This document shows, in pieces, positions 1 through 8,768 of a stretch of DNA of 64,000 bases. The stretch is from an uncultured Candidatus Saccharibacteria bacterium. GTDB lineage: Bacteria > Patescibacteriota > Saccharimonadia > Saccharimonadales > CAYVSP01. A program made the translations under genes and the position numbers. Positions within the stretch are counted from its first letter, which is position 1. Every line of letters starts with the position of its first letter. The notes under the pieces were generated by a model that was not told the DNA's origin, made no database searches, and was given only the letters and a program-made list of their open reading frames with translations. The stretch lies in assembly GCA_964584265.1 (NCBI GenBank), contig CAZOZI010000002.1, forward strand, positions 2,340 through 66,339, written 5' to 3'.

Positions 1-1529
1 CCATACATTTGCTGCAGCCAAGGACCGCGTATAAGACCGTCATTGTGTTCTCCCGACAAAGATCCTTTGTAGCGTAGTACTAGCTCATTGACCTCACGCA
101 TGGCCGGTTCCAATTTAGCACGCTCCTTCGGGTCTTCAATCTTCATGAGGGGGATTATATGGAAGTTGCCATCGCCCATGTGCCCAGCGACCGTAGCCAC
201 AAGTTTGTATTTATTAACAATCTTGCGAAGTTTTGGCAAAAAGGCTGGCAAATGCTGCGGTGGCACTACTAAGTCATCAATAAATGGCGCGGTGTGTTTA
301 TCTTTGACCTTTTTTCTAAGTAAATTAAAACTTTCACGCCGCATAATTCTAAATTTCCAGGCTTTCGCCACGGTTTCATCCTCTTCCATAGCTTCCATAC
401 GGTATGGTTTTAGAATCTGCTTTAGCGAATGAATTTTTTGGCTAACCTCGTCTTGTGATTGGCCGCTAAATTCCACTAGTAGCACGAGTTTTGGAATACC
501 TTTGAAGAGAATAAGAGCGTCCGGGATCAATTGAAAACCCAGTTTTATGAGCCCTTTCCAGCCCAGCGTTTTACGAAAATATGGGAAGAACTTTATGGAA
601 AGTTTAAGCGTGTAATTATCAAAGGACTCGAAACTGGTAGGGTGAGTAGTAAGCACTGCATTGATGATATCGCCCAAGCCATCCATAGATTTCATAAAAC
701 AGACCAAGACACCCGAGTAAGGTTCTACGGGTACCAGCCTAAGTTTAATGTCGGTAATAAGACCAAGTGTGCCTTGTGAGCCAACGAACGCTTTTGTAAG
801 ATCAAAGATCCCAGTCTCGCGGTCCCAAATATCCCAAAGATTATAGCCAGTCGAGTTTTTAGAGACGTGTGGTTTGGCTTTCTTGATTTTGTCATAGTGA
901 GCGTCAACCAGCTTAAAGACTTTACGATATATTGTTCCTTCAAAGTCCTTTTGCTGCATTTTTTTATCCAGTTCGGACTTGCTAAGCGGTCTCACGACAT
1001 ATTCTTTGCCATCAGCTAGTACAACCTTAAGCTCATTTACATAATTAAGTGTCTTGCCATAGCGCAAACTCATTTCGCCACCAGAATTATTGGCAACCAT
1101 GCCGCCAACGGTGCAAAGTTCTCTAGACGCCGGAAAGCTGGGCATCAAGGCCTTACGTTTGAGAGTTTTTGGTTCAAAATTACGGTAGTAGACGCCCGGT
1201 TGCAGATGTGCCCTGCTATCGGTCACCGATTCGATTCTATTAAAATGTTTGGTGAAATCCACTAGGATTGATTCGCTCAAGGCAGCGCCTGACATATCAG
1301 TACCGGCACTTCTGGCAGTTAGCGATAGGTCTGGTGAGGCATCTTTGTGAGTAGATACAAAACGCACCAACGTTTGGACATCTTTTGTATCTTTGGGATA
1401 TACGATTACTAATGGCTTAACCTCAAAGAGGCTGGCATCATGACTATACGTTTCGCGCGCTAGCTCACTATCATCAATCTCTCCACGGATAATGTCCTGG
1501 AGGTCTCGTTTGAGACTTATTGAGCCCAT
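1..1529 (-). CDS. FAD-binding oxidoreductase (FAD-linked oxidase / GlcD-like), N-terminal ~509 codons; C-terminus lies beyond the window edge
   Basis: Absent from the ORF track because it runs off the edge. Hand translation of the minus strand from ATG at 1529 gives an open frame to position 3: MGSISLKRDLQDIIRGEIDD...VIVYPKDTKDVQTLVRFV...LTARSAGTDMSG...CTVGGMVANNSGGE...VGSQGTLGLITDIKLRLVP. This is the PCMH-type FAD-binding domain pattern. Paralog of 34041-35681. Confidence 0.8.
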   Translation of the reverse strand, partial: MGSISLKRDLQDIIRGEIDDSELARETYSHDASLFEVKPLVIVYPKDTKDVQTLVRFVSTHKDASPDLSLTARSAGTDMSGAALSESILVDFTKHFNRIESVTDSRAHLQPGVYYRNFEPKTLKRKALMPSFPASRELCTVGGMVANNSGGEMSLRYGKTLNYVNELKVVLADGKEYVVRPLSKSELDKKMQQKDFEGTIYRKVFKLVDAHYDKIKKAKPHVSKNSTGYNLWDIWDRETGIFDLTKAFVGSQGTLGLITDIKLRLVPVEPYSGVLVCFMKSMDGLGDIINAVLTTHPTSFESFDNYTLKLSIKFFPYFRKTLGWKGLIKLGFQLIPDALILFKGIPKLVLLVEFSGQSQDEVSQKIHSLKQILKPYRMEAMEEDETVAKAWKFRIMRRESFNLLRKKVKDKHTAPFIDDLVVPPQHLPAFLPKLRKIVNKYKLVATVAGHMGDGNFHIIPLMKIEDPKERAKLEPAMREVNELVLRYKGSLSGEHNDGLIRGPWLQQMY

Positions 1530-1684
1530 CTCATGTCTCCGCTTCAGCCTCGGTTCCTGATTCTGGTCTACAGCGACTATACCGCTCTTCACCGTATCTT
1601 ACAGATACGCCTCCTCGCCTGATAGCCGCTTCGACTTCAGAAACAGGACCCTTACTTAACAAACCTGATACATGAGGTGGGCTC
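1522..1684. ncRNA. Candidate structured RNA / leader element, class unknown
   Basis: 14-nt terminal inverted repeat: gagcccatctcatg (1522-1535) pairs with catgaggtgggctc (1671-1684) with one G-U. Internal local hairpins include cgtatc-tgtaa-gatacg on the minus strand. It lies between divergent genes, and on the minus strand the 3' arm covers the GGAGA Shine-Dalgarno and ATG of the FAD oxidase gene. Confidence 0.3.
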
Positions 1685-1765
1685 ATCATAGCTTAAGCTT
1701 AACTGTTACGAACAAACTGGGCAAGTTGCTTGTGCTTATTGGGCACGGTACACTGGTAAAGTAGC

Positions 1766-2986
1766 ATGACAAAAGAGAAAAAACACATTGTTATAGTAGG
1801 TGGCGGCTTTGGCGGCATAAAGTTGGCCCGCGAACTGGCTGGCACCCCTAGTTTGCATATAACACTTATTTCAGACCGCGCTTCTTTCCGCTATTCGCCA
1901 GCTCTATATCGTACAGCTACGGGGCATCGTAATAAAGAATCTAGTGTTCCACTTAAAATGTTATTAGAGAACATACCCGACCTTCACCTTGTGATAGCTA
2001 GAGCGACCCACATTGATCGAGATAAGCGAGTTATCAAAACGGCTGGTGGCACTTCATTTGCATATGACTATGCGGTGCTAGCATTGGGTGTTGTAACTAG
2101 CTATTTTGGTATAGAAGGGCTGGAACGGTTTTCTTACGGTATAAAATCCGCTGATGAAGTAGACAAGCTGCGTGCTCATCTGCACGCGGAGCTTATTGAC
2201 GCCCAAGCTTTCGATAAAAACTACGTTATTGTTGGAGGTGGACCAACTGGTGTAGAGCTATCAGCTGCCTTGATTCATTACCTCAACCGTATGGCCAAAC
2301 GCCACCATATCAAACACCATAATATACACATTGAACTTATTGAAGCTGCACCGCGTCTGCTCCCGTCGGCTGATCGGCGTGCCTCTACGTTAGCCCGAAA
2401 ACGTTTGAGGAAACTAGGGGTTAAAGTTGTTACAAATTGTCGGGTGCAAGGAGAGACCAAAGAGACTTTGGTGGCCAATGGCAAATCTATACCTAGCCAC
2501 ACGGTTATTTGGACCGCTGGCGTCACAAACAGTCCATTCTATACTAAGAATGCGAGTCAATTCCGCTTAGATGAACACAAAAAAGTGTTGGTTGATGGCT
2601 ATTTACGAGTTGATGAACGCACGTTTGTAATTGGCGACAATGCGGCTACGCCTTATAGCGGTCTAGCTTTGACTGCTATCCACAACGCTGGGTACGTTGC
2701 GTACTATGTAAAAAGTAATCTTCGTAATAAAACAATCAAACCATATAAAGCCAGCCCACCAATCAGCGCCATACCTATTGGACCACACTATGCAGTAGTG
2801 CAGTGGCGACGTTACACTTTCGGCGGCATTATAGCATCGCTGGTACGCCTGTTTGCTGATTTAATCGGCTACACCGATATTATGGGATTGAAGCGAGCTA
2901 TACGGCTTTGGTTACGCCGTTACGAATACGAAGAAATATGCCCAGTCTGCAAAGCTTTGACACTACGCGATGTTATGGATACGTAA
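1766..2986 (+). CDS. ndh: Type II NADH dehydrogenase (NDH-2) / FAD-dependent pyridine nucleotide-disulfide oxidoreductase
   Basis: N-terminal HIVIVGGGFGG dinucleotide-binding motif, second VIVGGGPTGVE motif, 406 aa, typical NDH-2 layout. Confidence 0.85.
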   Translation: MTKEKKHIVIVGGGFGGIKLARELAGTPSLHITLISDRASFRYSPALYRTATGHRNKESSVPLKMLLENIPDLHLVIARATHIDRDKRVIKTAGGTSFAYDYAVLALGVVTSYFGIEGLERFSYGIKSADEVDKLRAHLHAELIDAQAFDKNYVIVGGGPTGVELSAALIHYLNRMAKRHHIKHHNIHIELIEAAPRLLPSADRRASTLARKRLRKLGVKVVTNCRVQGETKETLVANGKSIPSHTVIWTAGVTNSPFYTKNASQFRLDEHKKVLVDGYLRVDERTFVIGDNAATPYSGLALTAIHNAGYVAYYVKSNLRNKTIKPYKASPPISAIPIGPHYAVVQWRRYTFGGIIASLVRLFADLIGYTDIMGLKRAIRLWLRRYEYEEICPVCKALTLRDVMDT

Positions 2987-3016
2987 TATATTGCGGATGC
3001 TCTATACTAAAAGATA

Positions 3017-3613
3017 ATGATCCTAATGGCACAACGTTCAAATTTATTGATTAAGGTATGGTTGCTGCTATCCTTACTTGCCACCATTTTTGCTCTACTT
3101 ATTTATATAGTCGTTCAACAACAACTGCGGCTCGGCGCCAATGATGTACCACTGCAGCTCGCCGAAGATACTGCCACAAGTTTAAGTCAGGGGCAAAATC
3201 AGACTGACACATTACTGCCACAACAAGTTAATATCGCCGCCAGTTTAGCGCCGTTTGTAGTTATCTATGACGAAAGTGGCAGACCAATAAGCGGCTCTGG
3301 CCAGCTACACGGACAGTTACCCGCACTGCCAAACGGTGTTTTCGCCTATGCCAGGCGCCACAGCGATGATCGTATTACCTGGCAGCCCGAAGCAGGTGTT
3401 CGAGTCGCTAGTGTTGTAAAGCATTTTGATGGTTCAACTAGTGGTTTCGTGATGGCCGGCCAATCACTGCGCGAAGTTGAAAAGCGCGAGAACCTACTTA
3501 CTTTTCAAGTCTTAGGTGGTTGGATCACAGCCCTCTTAGCCACCTATCTAAGTGTTGCAATACTCTCGCAAGCGTCGCCTAAAGAGGAAAAACATGCACC
3601 CCGAAAAAATTGA
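3017..3613 (+). CDS. Hypothetical membrane protein (N- and C-terminal TM helices flanking a soluble domain)
   Basis: 198-aa ORF with hydrophobic segments LLIKVWLLLSLLATIFALLIYIVV and LGGWITALLATYLSVAIL. No recognisable catalytic motif. Confidence 0.5.
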   Translation: MILMAQRSNLLIKVWLLLSLLATIFALLIYIVVQQQLRLGANDVPLQLAEDTATSLSQGQNQTDTLLPQQVNIAASLAPFVVIYDESGRPISGSGQLHGQLPALPNGVFAYARRHSDDRITWQPEAGVRVASVVKHFDGSTSGFVMAGQSLREVEKRENLLTFQVLGGWITALLATYLSVAILSQASPKEEKHAPRKN

Positions 3614-4244
3614 ACCACTATGGCATGTTCAGTTGGCGGTTCTTTGCGCTATTGCATTACAACTTGTACTTGTTGATAAGCTGTCTGCCGGCCCAAAGTA
3701 TTTAATAGCTGGTCTGGAGTTTTTTCTACTTATAGTCTTAACCATCACAACCCATAACGCCCTTATCTATAGAAGTGGTCGGTTACGCCGAATGGCTGGC
3801 CTTATCCTGACGGGTCTTATATCTATGGCCAATCTAACATCGCTGATTTTAGTCATCACCTACTTGTTAACAAAGTCACACCACATTGATGGTCATTCTC
3901 TAATTGTTTCAGCTCTGGCAATCTTCATAACTAACATCATTATGTTCGGTCTGTGGTACTGGGAACTCGATGGTGGTGGACCAGGTGGGCGGGGTACTCA
4001 TAGACCACCGGTTGATTTCTTATTTCCTCAAATGAATAACTCTGAGGTTATAACTGAGCAGAAACATTGGCAACCTACTTTTTTTGACTATTTATATGTA
4101 TCTATCACCAACGGCACAGCCTTCAGCCCAACTGACACATTGCCTTTGACGCACCGTGCTAAATTTCTGATGAGTGTCCAAGGTATTGCCTCACTACTCA
4201 CCATTGCTTTAGTAGCTGCCCGGGCAATTAATATCCTAGCTTAG
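3594..4244 (+). CDS. DUF1345-family integral membrane protein
   Basis: ORF 3552-4244. I prefer the ATG at 3594, preceded by GAGGAAAAAC. Multi-TM, with the C-terminal pattern WYWELDGGGP...DFLFP...FFDYLYVSITNGTAFSPTD typical of DUF1345. Confidence 0.65.
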   Translation: MHPEKIEPLWHVQLAVLCAIALQLVLVDKLSAGPKYLIAGLEFFLLIVLTITTHNALIYRSGRLRRMAGLILTGLISMANLTSLILVITYLLTKSHHIDGHSLIVSALAIFITNIIMFGLWYWELDGGGPGGRGTHRPPVDFLFPQMNNSEVITEQKHWQPTFFDYLYVSITNGTAFSPTDTLPLTHRAKFLMSVQGIASLLTIALVAARAINILA

Positions 4245-4525
4245 GCTCGAGGCCAAACTATTTTAGCTACTACCGAAGCATGATCTAGCCAGCCAAAATC
4301 AGAGCTGTCAGTGCTACGAGATTTGTTATCACCCTGCACAAAAACATATTTCTTTTGCAGCTGCGTAATTCGCTTAACTTTCTCAAGGCCGTTATGTTCA
4401 ATAACAACAACGTCGCCTATTTTAAGAGGCCAGTACCAGCGAGTTATAACTACAATGCTGCCAGGCATTAAAAGAGGCATCATACTTTCACCCTCAACAC
4501 GACGAAGCCCTAAGGGCAATCTCAT
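4241..4525 (-). CDS. sodX: S26-family signal-peptidase-like protease, probable Ni-SOD maturation protease
   Basis: 94 aa with a GESMMPLL (Ser) motif and a downstream Lys region. It sits immediately downstream of sodN (3-nt gap), the arrangement known for sodN-sodX. Confidence 0.75.
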   Translation of the reverse strand: MRLPLGLRRVEGESMMPLLMPGSIVVITRWYWPLKIGDVVVIEHNGLEKVKRITQLQKKYVFVQGDNKSRSTDSSDFGWLDHASVVAKIVWPRA

Positions 4526-4528
4526 GGA

Positions 4529-4918
4529 TTATTTAGCCTTTTTGGTTTCCCAGAATATCTTACTAATTTCATCTATCAAATCAAGCAGTTTTTGTCCTAC
4601 CGCCGGATCGACTGACTTTTTAGTGTCGCCAGCCGCTTTGGTTGCGCGCCAAAACAAGTCATGCAAGTCAGGATACTTCTCCAGGTGCTCTGGTTTGAAA
4701 TAATCAGTCCATAGTACCCATAAATGGTGTTTTACAAGTTCAGCCCGCTGCTCTTTAATGAAAATGGCCCGGATCTTATCTTCATCGTGCAGGCCATCAT
4801 TATACTTCTTCATAATTTCGTGCACCGATTGTGCTTCAATCTTAGCTTGGGCCGGGTCGTACACTCCGCACGGCAAATCACAATGCGCATAAACTGGTTT
4901 AATGAATTGTCTTATCAT
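4529..4918 (-). CDS. sodN: Nickel-containing superoxide dismutase precursor
   Basis: An 11-residue leader MIRQFIKPVYA is followed by the Ni-hook HCDLPCGVYDPAQAKIEAQSV, near-identical to the canonical NiSOD mature N-terminus. Confidence 0.9.
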   Translation of the reverse strand: MIRQFIKPVYAHCDLPCGVYDPAQAKIEAQSVHEIMKKYNDGLHDEDKIRAIFIKEQRAELVKHHLWVLWTDYFKPEHLEKYPDLHDLFWRATKAAGDTKKSVDPAVGQKLLDLIDEISKIFWETKKAK

Positions 4919-4935
4919 ATAAGTATCCTCCTTAC

Positions 4936-5550
4936 CTATTGTAATACATGATGTAAGCGGGGCATGTCATATTCGGAGGCAGGGTTTTGTAATCCGGCCA
5001 GGTGAGGTAAGGTAGGATTTGGTACATCAATTTGCGGTGGAGTTGAGATATTCGTTGCTTCCAGAGCAATTAGACCAGCCACTCGGTATGGGGTTGCCTG
5101 CCCACTGCATTGGTCTTGATATTCCGGCAACCACAATCCACTTTGTGGGTTTGCTGATAGTCGAGGTAATCTTCTACCATAGTGTATAGATTGGCGTAAT
5201 CTATCATAAGTGTGTGCGAAGGCTGCTACAAAAAGGACTGCGGCATCTATAGCTGCATCGCGGGAAAGCGTACTTCGTGTTGCTAGCGTTTCCGCAAAAG
5301 CCGCGTCAATTGCTAGTATTAATTCACTTTTAGCTCCTTTGATAGGATATACGACACCGTGTTTAGACGGTTTGCTCGGCACAATGAGACGAACATTATT
5401 ATGACTACGCTTTGGTACATGTATATGGCACAATGAGGCTATAGCGCCACCAACTCTTTCTTGTGTAGCTGGGTGATCAACTCTACTAATAAACTCCTCG
5501 TTCGGAAACTGACGTGGCCCTCTACTAAATGATAATACTTTGCCTGTCAT
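4936..5550 (-). CDS. Hypothetical protein
   Basis: 204-aa ORF that exactly fills the gap between trmD and sodN on the same strand. No motif recognised. Confidence 0.5.
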   Translation of the reverse strand: MTGKVLSFSRGPRQFPNEEFISRVDHPATQERVGGAIASLCHIHVPKRSHNNVRLIVPSKPSKHGVVYPIKGAKSELILAIDAAFAETLATRSTLSRDAAIDAAVLFVAAFAHTYDRLRQSIHYGRRLPRLSANPQSGLWLPEYQDQCSGQATPYRVAGLIALEATNISTPPQIDVPNPTLPHLAGLQNPASEYDMPRLHHVLQ

Positions 5551-5553
5551 TTT

Positions 5554-6195
5554 TTAGCTCTGGCTTTTACGCCATTTGGCAATCTCAGCGTGGTTGCCGG
5601 TTAACAATACTTTTGGCACTTTCATGCCCTGAAAATCTTCTGGACGAGTGTATTGGGGAAACTCTACAGTTTTATCATCTTGTTGGAAGGACTCAATCTC
5701 TGTTGATGCTTCTCCGCCAAGCACTCCTGGCAATAACCGAATGACGCTATCAATAATCACCATTGCCGGTATTTCACCGCCGGTTAGCACATAGTTTCCT
5801 ATGCAGTATTGTTTATCCATCCATTTTGTAACCCGCTCATCATAGCCTTCGTAGCGTGCACATACTAGAATCATACCCTTGGATTTTGTGGCAAGATGCT
5901 TCGCATCGGATTGCTTGTATAGTTTGCCGCGCGGCGTAGGCAAAATAACTATGGCATCCGGATCATTGGCTTTGGCCTTCTCTATCGCAGCTGCTAGCGG
6001 TTCTGGCTTGAGTAACATACCATCGCCCCCGCCGTATGGTGTGTCGTCTACAGTTTTGCGTTTGCCCAAACCAAAATCACGCAAATTAATATAGCTAATA
6101 TTTACAATTTTGCGGTCCTGGGCTTTCCACAGCATGCTGGTATTGAGCACACCAGAAAACATATCTGGGAAAAGTGTAATTATTTGCACTTTCAT
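5554..6195 (-). CDS. trmD: tRNA (guanine37-N1)-methyltransferase
   Basis: MKVQIITLFPDMF...TPYGGGDGMLLKPEP...ARYEGYDERV are the TrmD signature regions. The start is moved to the MKVQ ATG at 6195 inside ORF 5554-6222. Confidence 0.9.
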   Translation of the reverse strand: MKVQIITLFPDMFSGVLNTSMLWKAQDRKIVNISYINLRDFGLGKRKTVDDTPYGGGDGMLLKPEPLAAAIEKAKANDPDAIVILPTPRGKLYKQSDAKHLATKSKGMILVCARYEGYDERVTKWMDKQYCIGNYVLTGGEIPAMVIIDSVIRLLPGVLGGEASTEIESFQQDDKTVEFPQYTRPEDFQGMKVPKVLLTGNHAEIAKWRKSQS

Positions 6196-6213
6196 TAAAA
6201 TTATTATACCAGA

Positions 6214-6242
6214 TATAAACAAAAAGAACCTCTATGAGGTTC
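6214..6242 (-). terminator. Intrinsic terminator/attenuator between the KH-protein gene and trmD
   Basis: Minus-strand RNA GAACCUC-AUA-GAGGUUC (7-bp stem, 6226-6242) followed by UUUUUGUUU. Confidence 0.5.
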
Positions 6243-6308
6243 ATTCTGTCACATAAAGCTCCCACCGTCAGTGGCTCGCAATGAGCTTTTCTATTTTTAA
6301 CTTGCTAA

Positions 6309-6791
6309 TTATACGTCTAAATCGTCTAATTCTTCAAGTTCTTTTCGAGTTTTGCTAACAACGTCGCTATGTTCATCTTCTTCTTGCTCAACTGCTGCAT
6401 TGGGCGTATCTTCATTTGCCTTGTCGTTATCGTCATCATCTGCATTGCTGTTTTCGTCGTTAGTAGATGAGCTAGCAGGTTGGCCGGCATCGTCATTTGA
6501 GGCTTCTACATCTCTGGGCTCGCTTCGCTCTGGCCGTGGTACTCCGTTATCGACGATTTTAAGATTATAACGAGCGTCATTCTTGGTACCAAGTGCTCGG
6601 AGCAGTGTACGTAAGCTTTGAGCTGTGGCACCACGCTTACCAATCACCCGCCCAAGATCTTCTGGGTCAACGGTGAGTTCAAGCAGCACACCTTTTTCAT
6701 CAATGCGGCGCTCAATTTTAACCTCATCTGGTTTACTAACAAGGGACTTAACGACGAATTCGACAAATTGTTGGTCAATAGTAGCACTCAT
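6309..6791 (-). CDS. KH-domain RNA-binding protein (YlqC/UPF0109-like) with a long acidic C-terminal tail
   Basis: VDPEDLGRVIGKRGATAQSLRTLL is the KH GXXG motif region. Conserved position between rpsP and trmD. Confidence 0.8.
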   Translation of the reverse strand: MSATIDQQFVEFVVKSLVSKPDEVKIERRIDEKGVLLELTVDPEDLGRVIGKRGATAQSLRTLLRALGTKNDARYNLKIVDNGVPRPERSEPRDVEASNDDAGQPASSSTNDENSNADDDDNDKANEDTPNAAVEQEEDEHSDVVSKTRKELEELDDLDV

Positions 6792-6859
6792 GGGGCAGAT
6801 ATTCCTCCAATTACTCCGGTATGTTTTTTATTATAGCAAAATTTATAGCAAAACCACTT

Positions 6860-7441
6860 TTAGGAAGTGGTTTTTTCATCAACCGCTTTATCATCAGGCT
6901 TATCAGCTTGGGCCGCTGACTCATCCTGTGTTTCCGGCTCATTATTCGCTGCAACAGTTTCAGTTTCCTTTTCGGGCGAGGCTTCAGACGCTAGTTGATC
7001 GTTGTTTTCTGTTACCACTGGTGTTTCGGCTGTGGTTTCAGCCGCTGCTTGATCATTGTTCTCAGCTTCAGCCGGCGTTTCCTCTATAGCAGCCTTTTCA
7101 GCTTTGGTTGGAGGTGCCTCTGCACCTGCCGGACGATTTTTGCGTAACTTTTCAGGACTACGGATAGCGCCTTTTTTCTTTGGTTCCAATACTACCCATT
7201 TTGGGAGTTTAACTCCTTCATCTTTGAGTAAACGTGCAGCCCGGTCGGATGGTTGGGCGCCATGGTCTAGATAAAAACTGGCTTTCTCATTATCCAGTTG
7301 CGCTGTTTTGGTATGTGGATTGTAGCTACCAAGCAAAGCCACAATATTGCCACTGCTGGGATGCCTGTGGGCATCCTGAACGATAACACGAAATTGAGCG
7401 TGCCCTTTGCGACCGGTTCGTTTAAGACGAATAGCTAACAT
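6860..7441 (-). CDS. rpsP: 30S ribosomal protein S16 with a ~110-aa low-complexity acidic C-terminal extension
   Basis: MLAIRLKRTGRKGHAQFRVIVQDAHRHPSSGNIVALLGSYNP matches the S16 N-terminal core. Confidence 0.9.
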   Translation of the reverse strand: MLAIRLKRTGRKGHAQFRVIVQDAHRHPSSGNIVALLGSYNPHTKTAQLDNEKASFYLDHGAQPSDRAARLLKDEGVKLPKWVVLEPKKKGAIRSPEKLRKNRPAGAEAPPTKAEKAAIEETPAEAENNDQAAAETTAETPVVTENNDQLASEASPEKETETVAANNEPETQDESAAQADKPDDKAVDEKTTS

Positions 7442-7501
7442 GCGTTATTTACTTGTTGCTCCCCATGAGTTTAGGCTTAAGTTATTAAAACAAGTCGCCT
7501 T

Positions 7502-7530
7502 ATTCTACAGATATGCTCCCCTGTTGTCAA
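7502..7530 (-). promoter_or_regulatory. Sigma70-type promoter for the rpsP operon
   Basis: Minus strand TTGACA (7530-7525), 17-nt spacer, TAGAAT (7507-7502), about 60 nt upstream of the rpsP ATG. Confidence 0.45.
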
Positions 7531-7561
7531 CCGCGGCAGGGTGACGCTTGTTTGGTGAAGA

Positions 7562-8272
7562 CTAGGAACTTAAGTTTTTGAAAGCTTGTTCGGCGGCGGC
7601 AACTTGGGCCGCTTGTTTACTTGGGCCCGTACCTTTGCCTTTGAGGTCATTATTAACATATACGCCAACTGTGAACACTTTGTCGTGATCAGGACCTTCC
7701 TCACTCATAACTCTATACACTGGCGTAAAGCCTTCACGACTTTGGACTAGTTCCTGCAATTGTGACTTTGGATCCTGCCACGAGCCTGACTCAAGAATAT
7801 CTTTGAACGTAATCACCAGGCTAGTCTCAATAAAGCGTTTGGCTTCGTCGTAGCCTTGGTCGATATAGATTGCTCCAACAACCGCTTCGTAACAGTTGGC
7901 CAGGATCTGTGCCCGTGCTCGCGGTGTGCCACGCTTTTCTCCGCGGCTTAAGCGCAGTAAAGGTTCAAACTCAAAACGGCTGGCTGCATCACTAATACTT
8001 TCCGTTCTCACTAAGGCACTACGCCAATTGGTCAATACCCCTTCTGGTTCGCTGTACGTAGTGTATAAATATTCAGTCACAATAAGTTCCAGCACAGCAT
8101 CACCCAGAAACTCCAGGCGCTCATTATGCTCTTTTACGGTCTTGCGATGTTCGTTAACGTAACTGCGATGCGTAAAGGCTGTAACAAGCAGCCCCAGATC
8201 ATGGAACTCAAGACCAAGTTTATCTTTGGCAAAAATACGATAGGTACTTACGTCTTGCATGTTTTGGCTCAC
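7562..8272 (-). CDS. rnc: Ribonuclease III
   Basis: NERLEFLGDAVLELIV is the RNase III signature. C-terminal dsRBD (PSKQAAQVAAAEQA). Confidence 0.9.
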   Translation of the reverse strand: MSQNMQDVSTYRIFAKDKLGLEFHDLGLLVTAFTHRSYVNEHRKTVKEHNERLEFLGDAVLELIVTEYLYTTYSEPEGVLTNWRSALVRTESISDAASRFEFEPLLRLSRGEKRGTPRARAQILANCYEAVVGAIYIDQGYDEAKRFIETSLVITFKDILESGSWQDPKSQLQELVQSREGFTPVYRVMSEEGPDHDKVFTVGVYVNNDLKGKGTGPSKQAAQVAAAEQAFKNLSS

Positions 8273-8766
8273 TTAGTTTGGCGAATTTTCTTAAGGCCAA
8301 GCAGGATTATTTTACCAATATCATCGTATTCGATTTTATCCAACGCTTCGGCAGCTGAAAACCACTTAATACCATTCATCCAATCCTCTGGTTTGAGTTT
8401 GTCGGTATCTCCTTGAGCATGTATCAGAAAAATTTCGGTCGTCATAAGTACCAAGCTAGTTGCCCGCCTATAACGAAAGTTAATTTTACCGAGCCAGCTC
8501 ATTACTTTCATCTGCTTTAGGCCTGTTTCTTCGCGGACTTCACGCTCAGCTGTATCACGGGCACTCTCGCCCTCTTCAATATGACCTTTGGGAATTGTCC
8601 AGCGGTTCTTGGCATCTTGAATAAGTAAAATCTGAACTTCTTTTGTCTTTGGGTGATTGCGAAACACGATACCGCCAGCGGTAGGTTCACGCACCACCTC
8701 GTTTATGGCTGGCCGGCGCCGCGATACGAACCGCTTGATGCCGCGAATTGGTTTAGGTCTCTTCAT
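8269..8766 (-). CDS. NUDIX hydrolase
   Basis: Nudix box GHIEEGESARDTAEREVREETGL. 4-nt overlap with the rnc start. Confidence 0.8.
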   Translation of the reverse strand: MKRPKPIRGIKRFVSRRRPAINEVVREPTAGGIVFRNHPKTKEVQILLIQDAKNRWTIPKGHIEEGESARDTAEREVREETGLKQMKVMSWLGKINFRYRRATSLVLMTTEIFLIHAQGDTDKLKPEDWMNGIKWFSAAEALDKIEYDDIGKIILLGLKKIRQTK

Positions 8767-8768
8767 AA

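Noticed and set aside
1522-1684. TPP or FMN riboswitch
   Set aside because: The plus strand has cctgattctgg...cagcg, which resembles the TPP ACCUGAUCUGG...CCAGCG box. The minus strand has GGUAUAGUC, which resembles the RFN 3' part. The other obligatory elements (CUGAGA, GGUGAAAUUCC and similar) are missing, so no class is assigned.
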